Assembly (NCBI RefSeq): GCF_000179635.2 | Contig: NC_014824.1 | Coordinates: forward strand, 30,001 to 62,000 | Reading direction: 5' to 3' | DNA: 32,000 nucleotides | Source of the DNA: Ruminococcus albus 7 = DSM 20455 | GTDB lineage: Bacteria; Bacillota; Clostridia; Oscillospirales; Ruminococcaceae | Made by a program: the position numbers and the translations under genes | Notes under the pieces: generated by a model | Seen by the model: the letters and a program-made list of their open reading frames with translations, nothing else | Told to the model about the DNA's origin: nothing | Database searches by the model: none | Part shown: piece by piece, positions 1-8,242 of the stretch | How positions within the stretch are numbered: position 1 is the stretch's first letter | Layout: every line of letters starts with the position of its first letter

Positions 1-117
1 TACTCCTGCGTCTGGAATTTTTATATTTCCGATGCGGAAGTAGGAAAGACTATTTTCGATTTTGAAGACCCGGATAACGGCCTGAGAAAAGATTTTGACA
101 CTGAAAGACTTGGATAA
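1..117 (+). CDS. 3-prime end of a CDS entering from the window edge (product unknown)
   Basis: Frame 1 is open from base 1 to TAA at 115-117 (...KDFDTERLG*). A hairpin terminator follows. Confidence 0.4.
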   Translation, partial: YSCVWNFYISDAEVGKTIFDFEDPDNGLRKDFDTERLG

Positions 118-144
118 TAAAAGTATAAAGATTTAGGCATAAGT

Positions 145-187
145 AAAGGACTGCTGCAATTTTTTGCAACAGTCCTTTTAATTTTTT
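145..187. terminator. Bidirectional rho-independent terminator between convergent genes
   Basis: 15-nt arms aaaggactgctgcaa / ttgcaacagtccttt with 1 mismatch and a tttt loop. T-run on the + side and A-run on the - side. Confidence 0.6.
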
Positions 188-1091
188 ACGGTACATAAGG
201 TATGTCTGAATATGAGAACGATTTAGCTATAGCCTTCATATCATCGAGATAATGGCTTTCATACTCAGAGCCTTTTTTTACATGTGCTATCATTTCTGTT
301 CCGTTCGCCATCTGGAATAATGTGATGATCGTATCTACGTCTTCAATGTTACAATAATAATCATATGTGTAAATTACATAATCATCCGTCTTTTCATATT
401 TAGCATTCTCTGTATTAACGCCTTCGTTATTGTTTTTGGTTCCCAAACGAAGCTGATTCGAATAAAAAATGTTCGAACTTCTTTCTGATTTTGATCGAGC
501 AAATTCTTCAGTAAAATAATCCAGGTTATCATATCCGTTTGACTGCATCTCATAAGGAAGAAAAGAGATGGAACAATCGGCTATAACAGCCTGATCCTTT
601 AATTTATCAGGACTAAACAGCATCGGTACTTCATTAAAATTAAGAGTCATATTATAATTTTCCGGGACATCAAATTTTATGCTTACACCTTCCCATGTAA
701 ATGGTCCCTCGTAAAAATCGTAGTGGTTAACAGATTTCGGATCGCCATTTTTAGGAAACACCTGATTTGTTTCAAACGGACGGTATGATGTCGTTACTTT
801 GGTGGTCGTTGTCGTTTCGGCCTTTGCTCCGATTTTTATTGTTCCATTTTCATGCTTTTTTGTATACTTATCCGGTATCTCTACAGGAGCAGTCGTAACA
901 GGCTTTTCTTCCATTGTTTCTGAAGATATTATATCATCTTTCTCTTCTTCCGGAACACTCTCTTCTTTATTTGATACGGTTACAACCGCTTCATTTACTT
1001 TTTCATCATCATTCATACTGCTATCACTGCAAGACGCTAAAATTGTAGTGAGCATAACTGAGATTATAGCTGCAGAAATTATCTTTTTCAT
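186..1091 (-). CDS. Putative lipoprotein, function unknown
   Basis: N-terminus MKKIISAAIISVMLTTILAS|C has a signal peptide plus an L-A-S-C lipobox. A GAGGAGA RBS lies 8 nt upstream of the second ATG (1091), so the track start at 1109 is probably too long. A Ser/Glu/Thr-rich linker follows. Confidence 0.75.
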   Translation of the reverse strand: MKKIISAAIISVMLTTILASCSDSSMNDDEKVNEAVVTVSNKEESVPEEEKDDIISSETMEEKPVTTAPVEIPDKYTKKHENGTIKIGAKAETTTTTKVTTSYRPFETNQVFPKNGDPKSVNHYDFYEGPFTWEGVSIKFDVPENYNMTLNFNEVPMLFSPDKLKDQAVIADCSISFLPYEMQSNGYDNLDYFTEEFARSKSERSSNIFYSNQLRLGTKNNNEGVNTENAKYEKTDDYVIYTYDYYCNIEDVDTIITLFQMANGTEMIAHVKKGSEYESHYLDDMKAIAKSFSYSDIPYVP

Positions 1092-1311
1092 TTTTTGTAT
1101 TCTCCTCATTAAAATTTCTATTATTATTTATTTTAACACGTTAACTCCATTATGTCAATGTATTTCCGATTCTTATTTATATTATAGCAGATTATTTCAA
1201 ATTTTAAAAATTTCGTATAGTGCAATTTCCACTACAAAAATAATTTTGTTTTGACGCTCAACAAAAAGAACAAATGTTTACAGTGAAATCCGTACAAACG
1301 GACAGTTAATA

Positions 1312-1320
1312 TGTTATAAT
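1312..1320 (+). promoter_or_regulatory. Extended -10 promoter candidate (TGTTATAAT)
   Basis: tgttataat lies in a 335-bp intergenic region upstream of the 1447 CDS. No convincing -35. Confidence 0.35.
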
Positions 1321-1446
1321 GTGAAAAAGCAAAAATCAAGCACTTAGCGTAATTAAAATAAATACTTTTATCTTTTGTTTTTATCTGTTTCAGTTTTCTT
1401 CTATAATTCATTTAGAATTGTTGATCGAAAACTGGAGGTGATAAAA

Positions 1447-1662
1447 ATGATTAACAGATCACAAAGAGTAATACTGATGAAAAAACTGTCAAACTACTAT
1501 CAGACTGAAAAAGTCAGTTCCGAAAAGAAAAAAGAATTATCAGCATCATTGCTGGATGATAATGATATTAGATTACATAAGCTCATTATGGAGTTGGAGC
1601 CCGTAACTGATATTGGTAAATTGATGCTGGATGAAATTTTTAAGGCAATTCAAATAGGATAA
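1447..1662 (+). CDS. Small hypothetical protein (71 aa)
   Basis: The GGAGGTG RBS sits upstream of the ATG at 1447. The upstream part of track ORF 1375..1662 has no RBS. It lies tightly upstream of the next CDS. Confidence 0.55.
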   Translation: MINRSQRVILMKKLSNYYQTEKVSSEKKKELSASLLDDNDIRLHKLIMELEPVTDIGKLMLDEIFKAIQIG

Positions 1663-1682
1663 CATAAGGAGGAACATAAAAA

Positions 1683-2963
1683 ATGAAAGAATTAACAGAG
1701 AACTATTGTAAAACAGGAACTGATAACATGTCCGATTTTTACAATATTCTTGACACTATGGATTCAAGAACGTCTTACCGCAAGATAAGAATGGATCTTA
1801 TAACTCTTCTTCATATTTGTGACGAGCATGATCTCGCTCAGTTTTCTATCGATCCAAATATCGTTCCTAATGATATGTGGCCGATAATACCTATGAATCC
1901 ACGAAATGAAGTCGAAGAAGTGTTACTGCTCAATAAGAACAGAGCAGTACCTAATCACGATCCGTCATGCGCCGAACTAAAAAAAGAAATAGATAGCATG
2001 GGCGCTCTTGTATCATTTGATGATGGAGGTACATCAATAGTAATGCCTTTATCTGCATGGGCTTACAAGGATCTTGCCGACAGAACCGGAATACTTTGTG
2101 CCAACATTTCAAAAAAATCGATAAACAAATCAAGATGGCTTTCCGAAAATTTAACGGAAGCAACTGTCACTCTTACAATAAGAGAATCCGAAGACGGATC
2201 GATGAGGAAGATCTTTGCTGTCAGAGGCAGAGTGTTCGAAGGACAGAATCAGGGTCCTTTTATAAGAAGAGCGCAAACGATTCTGGAAAAAGACATCGGA
2301 CTGGGTATAGCAGAATGCCGCCATTGGGAAATAACCAATGAGTCAATAAATGTAGTATTTACATTTCCCGAAAAGACCGGGGAAATCAGAGATATGTACC
2401 CGGAATTGCCGGACGACATAACGCCAATAGTTGATATTTACACATCTGACGTCGGAAAATCCGCATTTCACGTTACTTCCGGCTTTATGATCGGCAAAAC
2501 AAGGATCGTATCAAAAGACGGTACAGTTTGTGCTGAACATAACAAACATTTTAAAATGTCATCCGTTATGAAAAAAGTTCAGGATTGCATATTCAAACAG
2601 TATAATGCAGTCCCTAAGGAGCTTGCAAGACTTCTTGGAATTGAACTTACTGATATGGCTGCAGCTATAGATGAAGTTATTAACTTCACCTGCATAGAGA
2701 AAAGAGCCGGTATGAAATACGTCGTACAGCATATAAAAACATTACTATGCACCGAACTGAGTTTAGGAACATACACCGCATATGACCTCGTAACAGCACT
2801 GATATCCAGTCCGTCCAGGCTGATAATGACGAAAAAGGTATCGGGCGATCCAAAAGTAATACCGGAATCTACTCTCAAAGTACTTAACGAGGCATTGAGT
2901 AAAGCTATTTACTGCCCATTTGAGTGTGAGACTGTAGATTACGATCTTACACCTGAAGAATAA
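1683..2963 (+). CDS. Hypothetical protein (426 aa), weakly DUF932-like
   Basis: AAGGAGG RBS and a long uninterrupted ORF. The central segment LSAWAYKDLADRTGI...TLTIRESEDGSMRKIFAVRGRVFEGQN resembles, from memory only, the core of phage/plasmid DUF932 proteins. Confidence 0.7.
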   Translation: MKELTENYCKTGTDNMSDFYNILDTMDSRTSYRKIRMDLITLLHICDEHDLAQFSIDPNIVPNDMWPIIPMNPRNEVEEVLLLNKNRAVPNHDPSCAELKKEIDSMGALVSFDDGGTSIVMPLSAWAYKDLADRTGILCANISKKSINKSRWLSENLTEATVTLTIRESEDGSMRKIFAVRGRVFEGQNQGPFIRRAQTILEKDIGLGIAECRHWEITNESINVVFTFPEKTGEIRDMYPELPDDITPIVDIYTSDVGKSAFHVTSGFMIGKTRIVSKDGTVCAEHNKHFKMSSVMKKVQDCIFKQYNAVPKELARLLGIELTDMAAAIDEVINFTCIEKRAGMKYVVQHIKTLLCTELSLGTYTAYDLVTALISSPSRLIMTKKVSGDPKVIPESTLKVLNEALSKAIYCPFECETVDYDLTPEE

Positions 2964-2980
2964 AATAATCTGTTAGTCAA

Positions 2981-3005
2981 AGAGCCTTGAAAAAAACAAG
3001 GCTCT
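2981..3005 (+). terminator. Terminator-like hairpin
   Basis: agagccttg-aaaaaaa-caaggctct, a perfect 9-bp stem. There is no strong T-run afterwards. Confidence 0.45.
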
Positions 3006-3032
3006 TAAACTATATAAAATTTTACGTGGCAT

Positions 3033-3049
3033 AAAAAATCTGCTATAAT
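3033..3049 (+). promoter_or_regulatory. Conserved extended -10 promoter (aaaaaatctgcTATAAT)
   Basis: The 19-mer aaaaaatctgctataatat is identical to 5524-5542. TTTACG lies 17 bp upstream of TATAAT. The box sits directly upstream of the RBS of the 3068 CDS. Confidence 0.55.
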
Positions 3050-3067
3050 ATATATGGAGGAATCATC

Positions 3068-3829
3068 ATGGAAAACAAAATCAGACTCTATTCACCAACC
3101 ATCAAGAAGGAGATCACCTTTGAAACAAATGATATCTACGGACCAAAACATTCTTCTATCGAGAATTATTTTTACTCCGAAATGACAAACTGTAAGCTTA
3201 AGAGAACGTTTCTGAAAATGGAGCTTGATCATTCGGTTGTCGAGGTTTGTATTTCGTCGGATAATCCTCAGAGGTGTATCACGGCAATTGGAGAGGCGAC
3301 AGCAATGTCATTAACAACTGATATCGCAAAAGCCAATCCTGTTATCACAGCAGACAACAGAGCATTTGATCGGGCAGTACTTAAGTACCTCGGTTTGAAC
3401 AACGTCTATGCTGCCTCAGAAAATGTGCAGCAGGATAAATTAAAGAGCTATATCGAATCAACTCCGGTAAATATTTCCGAGCCCGAATCTGATCCTGCCG
3501 ATTCCGAATCAGAAATAAACATTAAATCATTCGATGATGTATTCGGTGAATCAGATGTAGTCGCCGGAATTAACGAAGATGAGGAATTTGCAGCCCTCAG
3601 CAAAGAAAAATGCAACCTTAAATTATATAAGGATGCATCCGGAAAACAAGGTTATCCTGCACATGGATGGATCCTGAAACATCATCCTAAAGATATCGTT
3701 CATATGATCGATATTGCAAGAAAGATGGATCCTGAACACATAAAATTCACGGATCCCGAAAAAGCAGAAGCACTTATAAAATTTAACCGGTTCGTTGAAC
3801 TGGGTAAAAAACTCGGCCACATAAATTGA
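3068..3829 (+). CDS. Hypothetical protein (253 aa), possible Rad52/Sak-like single-strand annealing protein
   Basis: GGAGG RBS. The segment GEATAMSLTTDIAKANPVITADNRAFDRAVLKYLGLNNVY (nt 3290-3409) resembles the G.G...A.t.A.kRA...lGlG..lY core of Rad52-type SSAPs. An acidic linker follows. The assignment is tentative. Confidence 0.65.
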   Translation: MENKIRLYSPTIKKEITFETNDIYGPKHSSIENYFYSEMTNCKLKRTFLKMELDHSVVEVCISSDNPQRCITAIGEATAMSLTTDIAKANPVITADNRAFDRAVLKYLGLNNVYAASENVQQDKLKSYIESTPVNISEPESDPADSESEINIKSFDDVFGESDVVAGINEDEEFAALSKEKCNLKLYKDASGKQGYPAHGWILKHHPKDIVHMIDIARKMDPEHIKFTDPEKAEALIKFNRFVELGKKLGHIN

Positions 3830-3837
3830 TTATGGTG

Positions 3838-3866
3838 AAAAGGAGGCCGCACGGTCTCCTTTTTTA
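3838..3866 (+). terminator. Rho-independent terminator
   Basis: aaaggaggccg-ca-cggtctcctttt stem with one mismatch, followed by a T-run. Confidence 0.6.
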
Positions 3867-3880
3867 GGAAGGAAAAGATA

Positions 3881-4735
3881 ATGTATAACTCTTATATTTA
3901 CAAAGAACATGTAAGACAATGCGTTAAAATGGCTCGTGCCGGCATTCCTATTTGCGTTATCGACCTTGAAACAACAGGAAGATCAGCAAAAGATAGTTAT
4001 GTGTTCCAGTTTGCCGGGCTAAAATGCATTATAGATAAATCTCTTACTCCAAAAATCATTGAAAGCTTATGCGTTTTTATAAAGCCGGAAGTTCCGTTAA
4101 ACGAAAGAATTACGGAAATAACAGGCTTTACCAATGAAGATCTGAAAGATAAAGCAGATGAAGAAACCGTCTTCCCAAGAATAAAAAAATTTATGGATAA
4201 TTGTATTATGTGCAGTCATAATACTGCCTTTGAGGAAAGTTTTATGAATGCGATGTATGCAAGAAACGGATGTGTATTTAAGCCTGCAGAGATCATAGAT
4301 ACACTGAAAATGAGCAGAGATCTTCATAAAGAAGAAAAGAGTCATAAGCTCGGAGTTATTGCAGAAAGATACGGAATAGCTGATGGAGTCAAATTTCACG
4401 ATGCCCGTGACGATACTATAATTTGTGGAAGGCTGTTATCAAGGTTTTTAAGTGAGTATGTTGATGCTAAGAATGATGATCAATCAAAAAAAATCACGCC
4501 TAAAGTCCATTCCGTTTCTTACTGGGAAGGAAAAAGACATGATCAAAAAAGATTGTACATCTTTACAAATCTTGGCACTGTATGGTTTTCTGTAACTGAC
4601 AGCACATGGGGTGAAAAAGACAAAGATGTTATATCTATGATAAACATGGATTCTCTGATCAAACAGGCATTTGTGCTTACAGGATCAGACGACCTTGTTG
4701 AACTATCTAAATTTAAGGGGAGTGTAAAATGCTGA
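3881..4735 (+). CDS. DEDDh (DnaQ / Pol III epsilon-like) 3-prime-5-prime exonuclease with an extra C-terminal domain
   Basis: Exo I motif VIDLETTG, Exo II motif HNTAFEESFM, Exo III motif HDARDDT (H-x4-D). About 90 C-terminal residues of unknown function. Confidence 0.8.
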   Translation: MYNSYIYKEHVRQCVKMARAGIPICVIDLETTGRSAKDSYVFQFAGLKCIIDKSLTPKIIESLCVFIKPEVPLNERITEITGFTNEDLKDKADEETVFPRIKKFMDNCIMCSHNTAFEESFMNAMYARNGCVFKPAEIIDTLKMSRDLHKEEKSHKLGVIAERYGIADGVKFHDARDDTIICGRLLSRFLSEYVDAKNDDQSKKITPKVHSVSYWEGKRHDQKRLYIFTNLGTVWFSVTDSTWGEKDKDVISMINMDSLIKQAFVLTGSDDLVELSKFKGSVKC

Positions 4736-5169
4736 TAGCGATGATCATTGCGTCAATAACAGACATAAAAAAGAAAGAAATCCCCATTTTTTTATTTCCG
4801 TTATTTACCACCATTTTTATTACAATAAATCATGCAGTAATTCATCCGATAGATTCTCTGCTTGGATTTGTTATCGGTGCGATATCCTTCTCGATTCTCG
4901 CCTGGAAATTTTCAGGCGGGGGAGGGGATATCATAATGATGAGCTGTATAGGAGCTGCTTATGGGACAAAAATTTTGTCTCATATAATTATTATCTCTTC
5001 AATTATGATACTGGTTTATTATATCATCATGAAAATACAAAAAAAAACAAAGCGAACAGTACCTTACGCACCGTTCGTAACTATATCTTTCATTTTTTTA
5101 CTATTAGGAGGAATTTTTTATGGCATCTATGATTACAGGTTTTTGGAAAACGGTTACTTTCTACTGTAA
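4729..5169 (+). CDS. A24-family (TadV/CpaA-like) prepilin peptidase-like membrane protein, 146 aa
   Basis: Polytopic membrane protein with the two catalytic-Asp contexts SITD12IKKKEIP and GGGGD67IIMM (the GxGD-type motif). The ATG overlaps the upstream stop (ATGCTGA). GGGGAG RBS. Confidence 0.6.
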   Translation: MLIAMIIASITDIKKKEIPIFLFPLFTTIFITINHAVIHPIDSLLGFVIGAISFSILAWKFSGGGGDIIMMSCIGAAYGTKILSHIIIISSIMILVYYIIMKIQKKTKRTVPYAPFVTISFIFLLLGGIFYGIYDYRFLENGYFLL

Positions 5170-5482
5170 GAATCATCCTGAACAGCCAATGGAGCTAAAA
5201 CAGGGAGCTTACAGTGCTTACTATGGGTGTTCTCATGAATTCGACGAAAACAATCCCTGCCACAACAGACTTAATCTGATAGATGCTGAAAAGGCACTTC
5301 AGAAAATAATGGATAATCTCACAGGGGCTAATCTAATGGGGGATATGCCCGATCTGACAAACTATAAAATGTCAAAAAACGGCGTAGAATACAAAGTAAT
5401 AAAGCATGATACGTTCAGTGACAGTATTTCTATTATGGTCGATAATCAAAAGATCATGATGGGACAGGCAAAGGAACTGTAA
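5120..5482 (+). CDS. Cys-rich hypothetical protein (120 aa), possible zinc-binding
   Basis: An AGGAGG RBS lies 7 nt before the ATG at 5120. The pattern is FYC-x21-C-x10-CH. The start lies 50 nt inside the preceding CDS. Confidence 0.55.
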   Translation: MASMITGFWKTVTFYCKNHPEQPMELKQGAYSAYYGCSHEFDENNPCHNRLNLIDAEKALQKIMDNLTGANLMGDMPDLTNYKMSKNGVEYKVIKHDTFSDSISIMVDNQKIMMGQAKEL

Positions 5483-5486
5483 ATTT

Positions 5487-5520
5487 AAAAAGGCTGATTT
5501 TTCAGCCTTTTTGTTTTTTT
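5487..5520 (+). terminator. Rho-independent terminator
   Basis: aaaaaggctga-tttt-tcagccttttt, an 11-bp stem, followed by a long T-run. Confidence 0.75.
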
Positions 5521-5523
5521 ACT

Positions 5524-5540
5524 AAAAAATCTGCTATAAT
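5524..5540 (+). promoter_or_regulatory. Conserved extended -10 promoter (aaaaaatctgcTATAAT)
   Basis: Identical 19-mer to 3033-3051. It lies immediately after a terminator and 40 nt upstream of the XRE-like CDS. Confidence 0.55.
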
Positions 5541-5579
5541 ATTATTATAGTAAATCTAATCCTATGGAAGGTGACACGA

Positions 5580-5969
5580 ATGAAAATACAAATTACTGAG
5601 CCGACAATAGCAAGTAGCCTTTTAGTACAATATGCAAAAGATAAGCGTGTATCAGTTAAAGAACTTGCAGAACGCACAGGATTATCGTACTCTCATATCA
5701 TTAATGTTCTTAACGGTACTAGAGATATAACACCTAAAATTGAAAAAAAATTATGTTTTGCCCTTAAACTTACTAAAGAAGAACAGTACGCTCTGAAGGA
5801 AGCTATTTTTATCTCCAACAAGAGTATAGTCATTTCTACAAAAAATAAAAGGGATTATGTTTTGAAATTATTGTACTGGGTAACGGTGAAAAGCAATACT
5901 CTATCATTATCACAAGTCGAAAAATGTATAGACATAATCCGGTATGGAAAGCACCTCGAAAAAGACTAA
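5580..5969 (+). CDS. XRE-family helix-turn-helix transcriptional regulator
   Basis: HTH segment VSVKELAERTGLSYSHIINVLNGTRDITPKIEKKL. A GGAAGGTG RBS favours the ATG at 5580 over the GTG at 5571. The stop codon abuts the compositional junction at 5970. Confidence 0.7.
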   Translation: MKIQITEPTIASSLLVQYAKDKRVSVKELAERTGLSYSHIINVLNGTRDITPKIEKKLCFALKLTKEEQYALKEAIFISNKSIVISTKNKRDYVLKLLYWVTVKSNTLSLSQVEKCIDIIRYGKHLEKD

Positions 5970-6209
5970 AAAGGGGCAGTTCCAGCAGTATCCTGTGTGG
6001 CTGATGCTATGACACTGACGATGCAGTCTGGACTGAACGTTGATATGGACGGCATCTCCGGAGCAATGATGAACGGCGGCAGTGGCGGTGTGGTCAACAA
6101 CTACTACAACAACGACAACAGCCGGATAGTGAATCAGACTGATAATAGTCCGAAATCGCTGTCGCGGCTGGAGATTTGTCGTATGACGCGGAATGCGCTG
6201 AATGTGTAA
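5970..6209 (+). pseudogene. C-terminal fragment of a phage tail tape measure protein
   Basis: GC-richer block. The frame is open back to 5970 with no RBS or start context. The Gly/Asn-rich tail ...NNYYNNDNSRIVNQTDNSPKSLSRLEICRMTRNALNV* is typical of siphovirus TMP ends. A distal tail protein gene lies downstream in the same orientation. Confidence 0.5.
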
Positions 6210-6256
6210 TGGGGGTGGGAGCAATCCTGCCTCTGTATATATTAAGATAAAGACAA

Positions 6257-6955
6257 TTATGAAATTAGATTTTCGAGAATGCTTCTAATCATACTTTTAG
6301 TGGTTAACTCAAATAAATATATTCCTTCGCTGAAATTGTAAGAAGAAATATAAAAACTATCCGATACAGTGTTGTCTAATTGCGCCAATTCTTTAGCATG
6401 GTTGCTAATCGCCAATACTTTTGTTTTGAATTCTTCGGTAATTTTTCCGTTCTCATGTACTATTTGATTGCGATAAATTCTATATTTATCTAGCAATTTT
6501 AGATCATTTTGGTGTGAAGTGGGTATACTTGAAAAATCAACATCAAACGCTTTAAAGATATTTTCCCACCTTATTTTCAAATTTCCCCTTAGATAGTTAT
6601 CTATTTTTTTATCGCTAATTATATCCATGCCTTGAGTAGTTCTGTAGTCATTAGCTATTTGAAGGAGAGAGTCGCAGAACGTTTCAAAAATTGTTAGTAA
6701 TGAAACTAATAGTAGATTACGAACTGTGCCATAGTATTTATCCCCAGAGGCTTTCAGAATAGAGCATTTATATGAATCAACTTCTGAAAATAGACTACCG
6801 TCTTCGCTTCGTCCGAAGATGATGCTAGATGGATTATTACTCTCATTATAATACAGTGTGGTAGCATAAACATTACGAATTGTCTCTAGTTGTTGAACAA
6901 ATTGAGTTTGTATGTTATTGATTTCTTTAATGATATCCATGTTCTTATTGTCCAT
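6257..6955 (-). CDS. HEPN-motif protein (232 aa), candidate abortive-infection/toxin-type RNase
   Basis: AT-rich ORF on the opposite strand, between the tape-measure and distal-tail fragments. R162-N-Q-I-V-H167 (nt 6455-6472) fits the HEPN Rx4-6H / RNxxxH signature within a helical C-terminal half. Confidence 0.6.
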   Translation of the reverse strand: MDNKNMDIIKEINNIQTQFVQQLETIRNVYATTLYYNESNNPSSIIFGRSEDGSLFSEVDSYKCSILKASGDKYYGTVRNLLLVSLLTIFETFCDSLLQIANDYRTTQGMDIISDKKIDNYLRGNLKIRWENIFKAFDVDFSSIPTSHQNDLKLLDKYRIYRNQIVHENGKITEEFKTKVLAISNHAKELAQLDNTVSDSFYISSYNFSEGIYLFELTTKSMIRSILENLIS

Positions 6956-6988
6956 CCTTTCTATGGCTTAGAATTGCTACATACATAT

Positions 6989-6996
6989 ATTATACA
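6989..6996 (-). promoter_or_regulatory. Extended -10-like box (TGTATAAT) for the HEPN-motif gene
   Basis: The minus strand reads tttgatgTATAATatatg, about 35 nt upstream of the ATG at 6955. Confidence 0.35.
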
Positions 6997-7029
6997 TCAA
7001 ACCAAAAGAAAAAGCAAGGAGGCGATGCA

Positions 7030-7661
7030 ATGTTATTTAGCCTTATCTTAGAGAATGAAGCTGGAGATCAGATTGACATGACCGCCACGGCAAATCAGTA
7101 TATGACATCGCGGGTGGAAGGATTAAATCCTCCCACCGGCACAATCAGCACCTCCAGCTATGCGGGTATGGACGGCAGCTACCTCAACAACGCCTTCATC
7201 GAAAAGCGAAATGTCGTCATTTCCTTTGAGATGCGCGGCGTGGGCGTGGAAGCCCGCAGGCATCAGCTTTACAAGGAGGTGAAGCCCTCCCGCTACATCA
7301 AGATTTACTATGCGACCGCTGGCATTGATTTGTTTGCGGAGGGTTATGTGGAGAGTTGTGAGGTACAAAACTTCGAGATGCTGACAATCGGGCAGATTTC
7401 TATTCTCTGCCCGGATATTTATTGGTATTCCACGACCTCGGTCATGGCGTACTATTCACATATCACCGGAGCGTTCACATTTCCGTTTCCAACGGGAAGT
7501 AATCCGGAGGCGTTTATCCTCGGCAAATACAACACACAAAACATGATGAGCATTGTTAATGACGGCGATGAGATCGGCTTCACGCTTGTTATTGAAGCGT
7601 TGGAGGATGCTCGTTCTCCCACGCTGTACTATCGTGTATTCTTCTTTTTGTGGTATAATAT
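7030..7661 (+). pseudogene. Phage distal tail protein (Dit / siphovirus tail component), C-terminally truncated by an IS end
   Basis: AAGGAGG RBS. The N-terminus LILENEAGDQIDMT...SRVEGLNPPTGTISTSSYAGMDGSYLNNAFIEKRNVVISFEMRG matches the Sipho_tail N-domain pattern. After ...SPTLYYRV the ORF runs into IS-derived sequence and stops at 7680. Confidence 0.65.
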
Positions 7662-7820
7662 ATTTCTCTTTTTGAACTGAAAACGGCATAACACCCCCGA
7701 GTCCTCTTTTTTGAAGAGGGCTTGGGGATGTGCGCACTGAAACAGCTTATTTCACCAGTTAATATGTTTTTTTACTCTGATGTTCGGATATGGTTAGAGG
7801 GTGCTGCGGTTGCAACAGCC
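7662..7820 (+). mobile_element. Solo IS1182-family end fragment (last few transposase codons plus the terminal non-coding end)
   Basis: Inverted copy of 12065-12241. It includes ISLFELKTA* (the same transposase C-terminus as copy 2) and the hairpin ccccgagtcctctt/aagagggcttgggg. Confidence 0.7.
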
Positions 7821-8047
7821 CCCTTTTTTTCTATGATTTTAATGGAAATTAAGCAGATTTTGAAGTTTGGTTGTTCCATCAAACTTTGGTACTTAGGAAT
7901 CAATGTTTCTATATGTGACATAATTATATTATAATCATGTAAAAATGAATAAACAAGAAAGGTAAATTAGATATTTTATAAACTCATACACTTTTTGTGT
8001 AAAAAAAACACACTTCATGTAAAGCACTTGTAAATTAAGTTTATTTA

Positions 8048-8056
8048 TGCTATAAT
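8048..8056 (+). promoter_or_regulatory. Promoter candidate: TTGTAA, 16-bp spacer, TGCTATAAT
   Basis: ttgtaa at 8029-8034, a 16-bp spacer, then tgcTATAAT. It lies about 190 nt upstream of the bacteriocin-like CDS. Confidence 0.45.
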
Positions 8057-8207
8057 AACTACCTAAGGATAAGACTAATATTATCGATTAATGCTAGGCT
8101 GCAATATACTATATAAAATAAAAGCTTTTTTTAAAAAATTCGTAATACATTTATACTTTTTTATGATAGTTTCTGTTTATGAAAGCGCGCGATTTCTATA
8201 AATAGTA

Positions 8208-8216
8208 TGCTATAAA
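8208..8216 (+). promoter_or_regulatory. Second promoter candidate (TGCTATAAA) proximal to the bacteriocin-like CDS
   Basis: tgctataaa lies 27 nt upstream of the ATG at 8243. A GGAGG RBS lies between them. Confidence 0.4.
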
Positions 8217-8242
8217 TAATTAATACACTTTGGAGGTTTTAT

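Noticed and set aside
799-1254. 151-aa + strand ORF overlapping the lipoprotein gene
   Set aside because: It is antisense to a CDS with a clear signal peptide, lipobox and RBS. Its product is hydrophobic low-complexity and it has no RBS.
1951-2878. Internal ORFs (1951..2163 -, 2057..2341 +, 2579..2878 -) within the 426-aa CDS
   Set aside because: They are nested in a longer ORF with a good RBS. Their products are Arg/Cys-rich or otherwise atypical, consistent with off-frame translation.
5910-6224. 104-aa minus-strand ORF across the tape-measure fragment
   Set aside because: GC-richer DNA keeps off-frames open. The product is Pro/Arg/His/Val-rich, including a VVVVVVVV run. The sense strand gives a recognisable TMP-type C-terminus.
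7722-7934. 70-aa + strand ORF starting in the IS1182 end fragment
   Set aside because: It begins inside the non-coding IS terminus, runs into AT-rich spacer, and has no RBS. It is most likely spurious.
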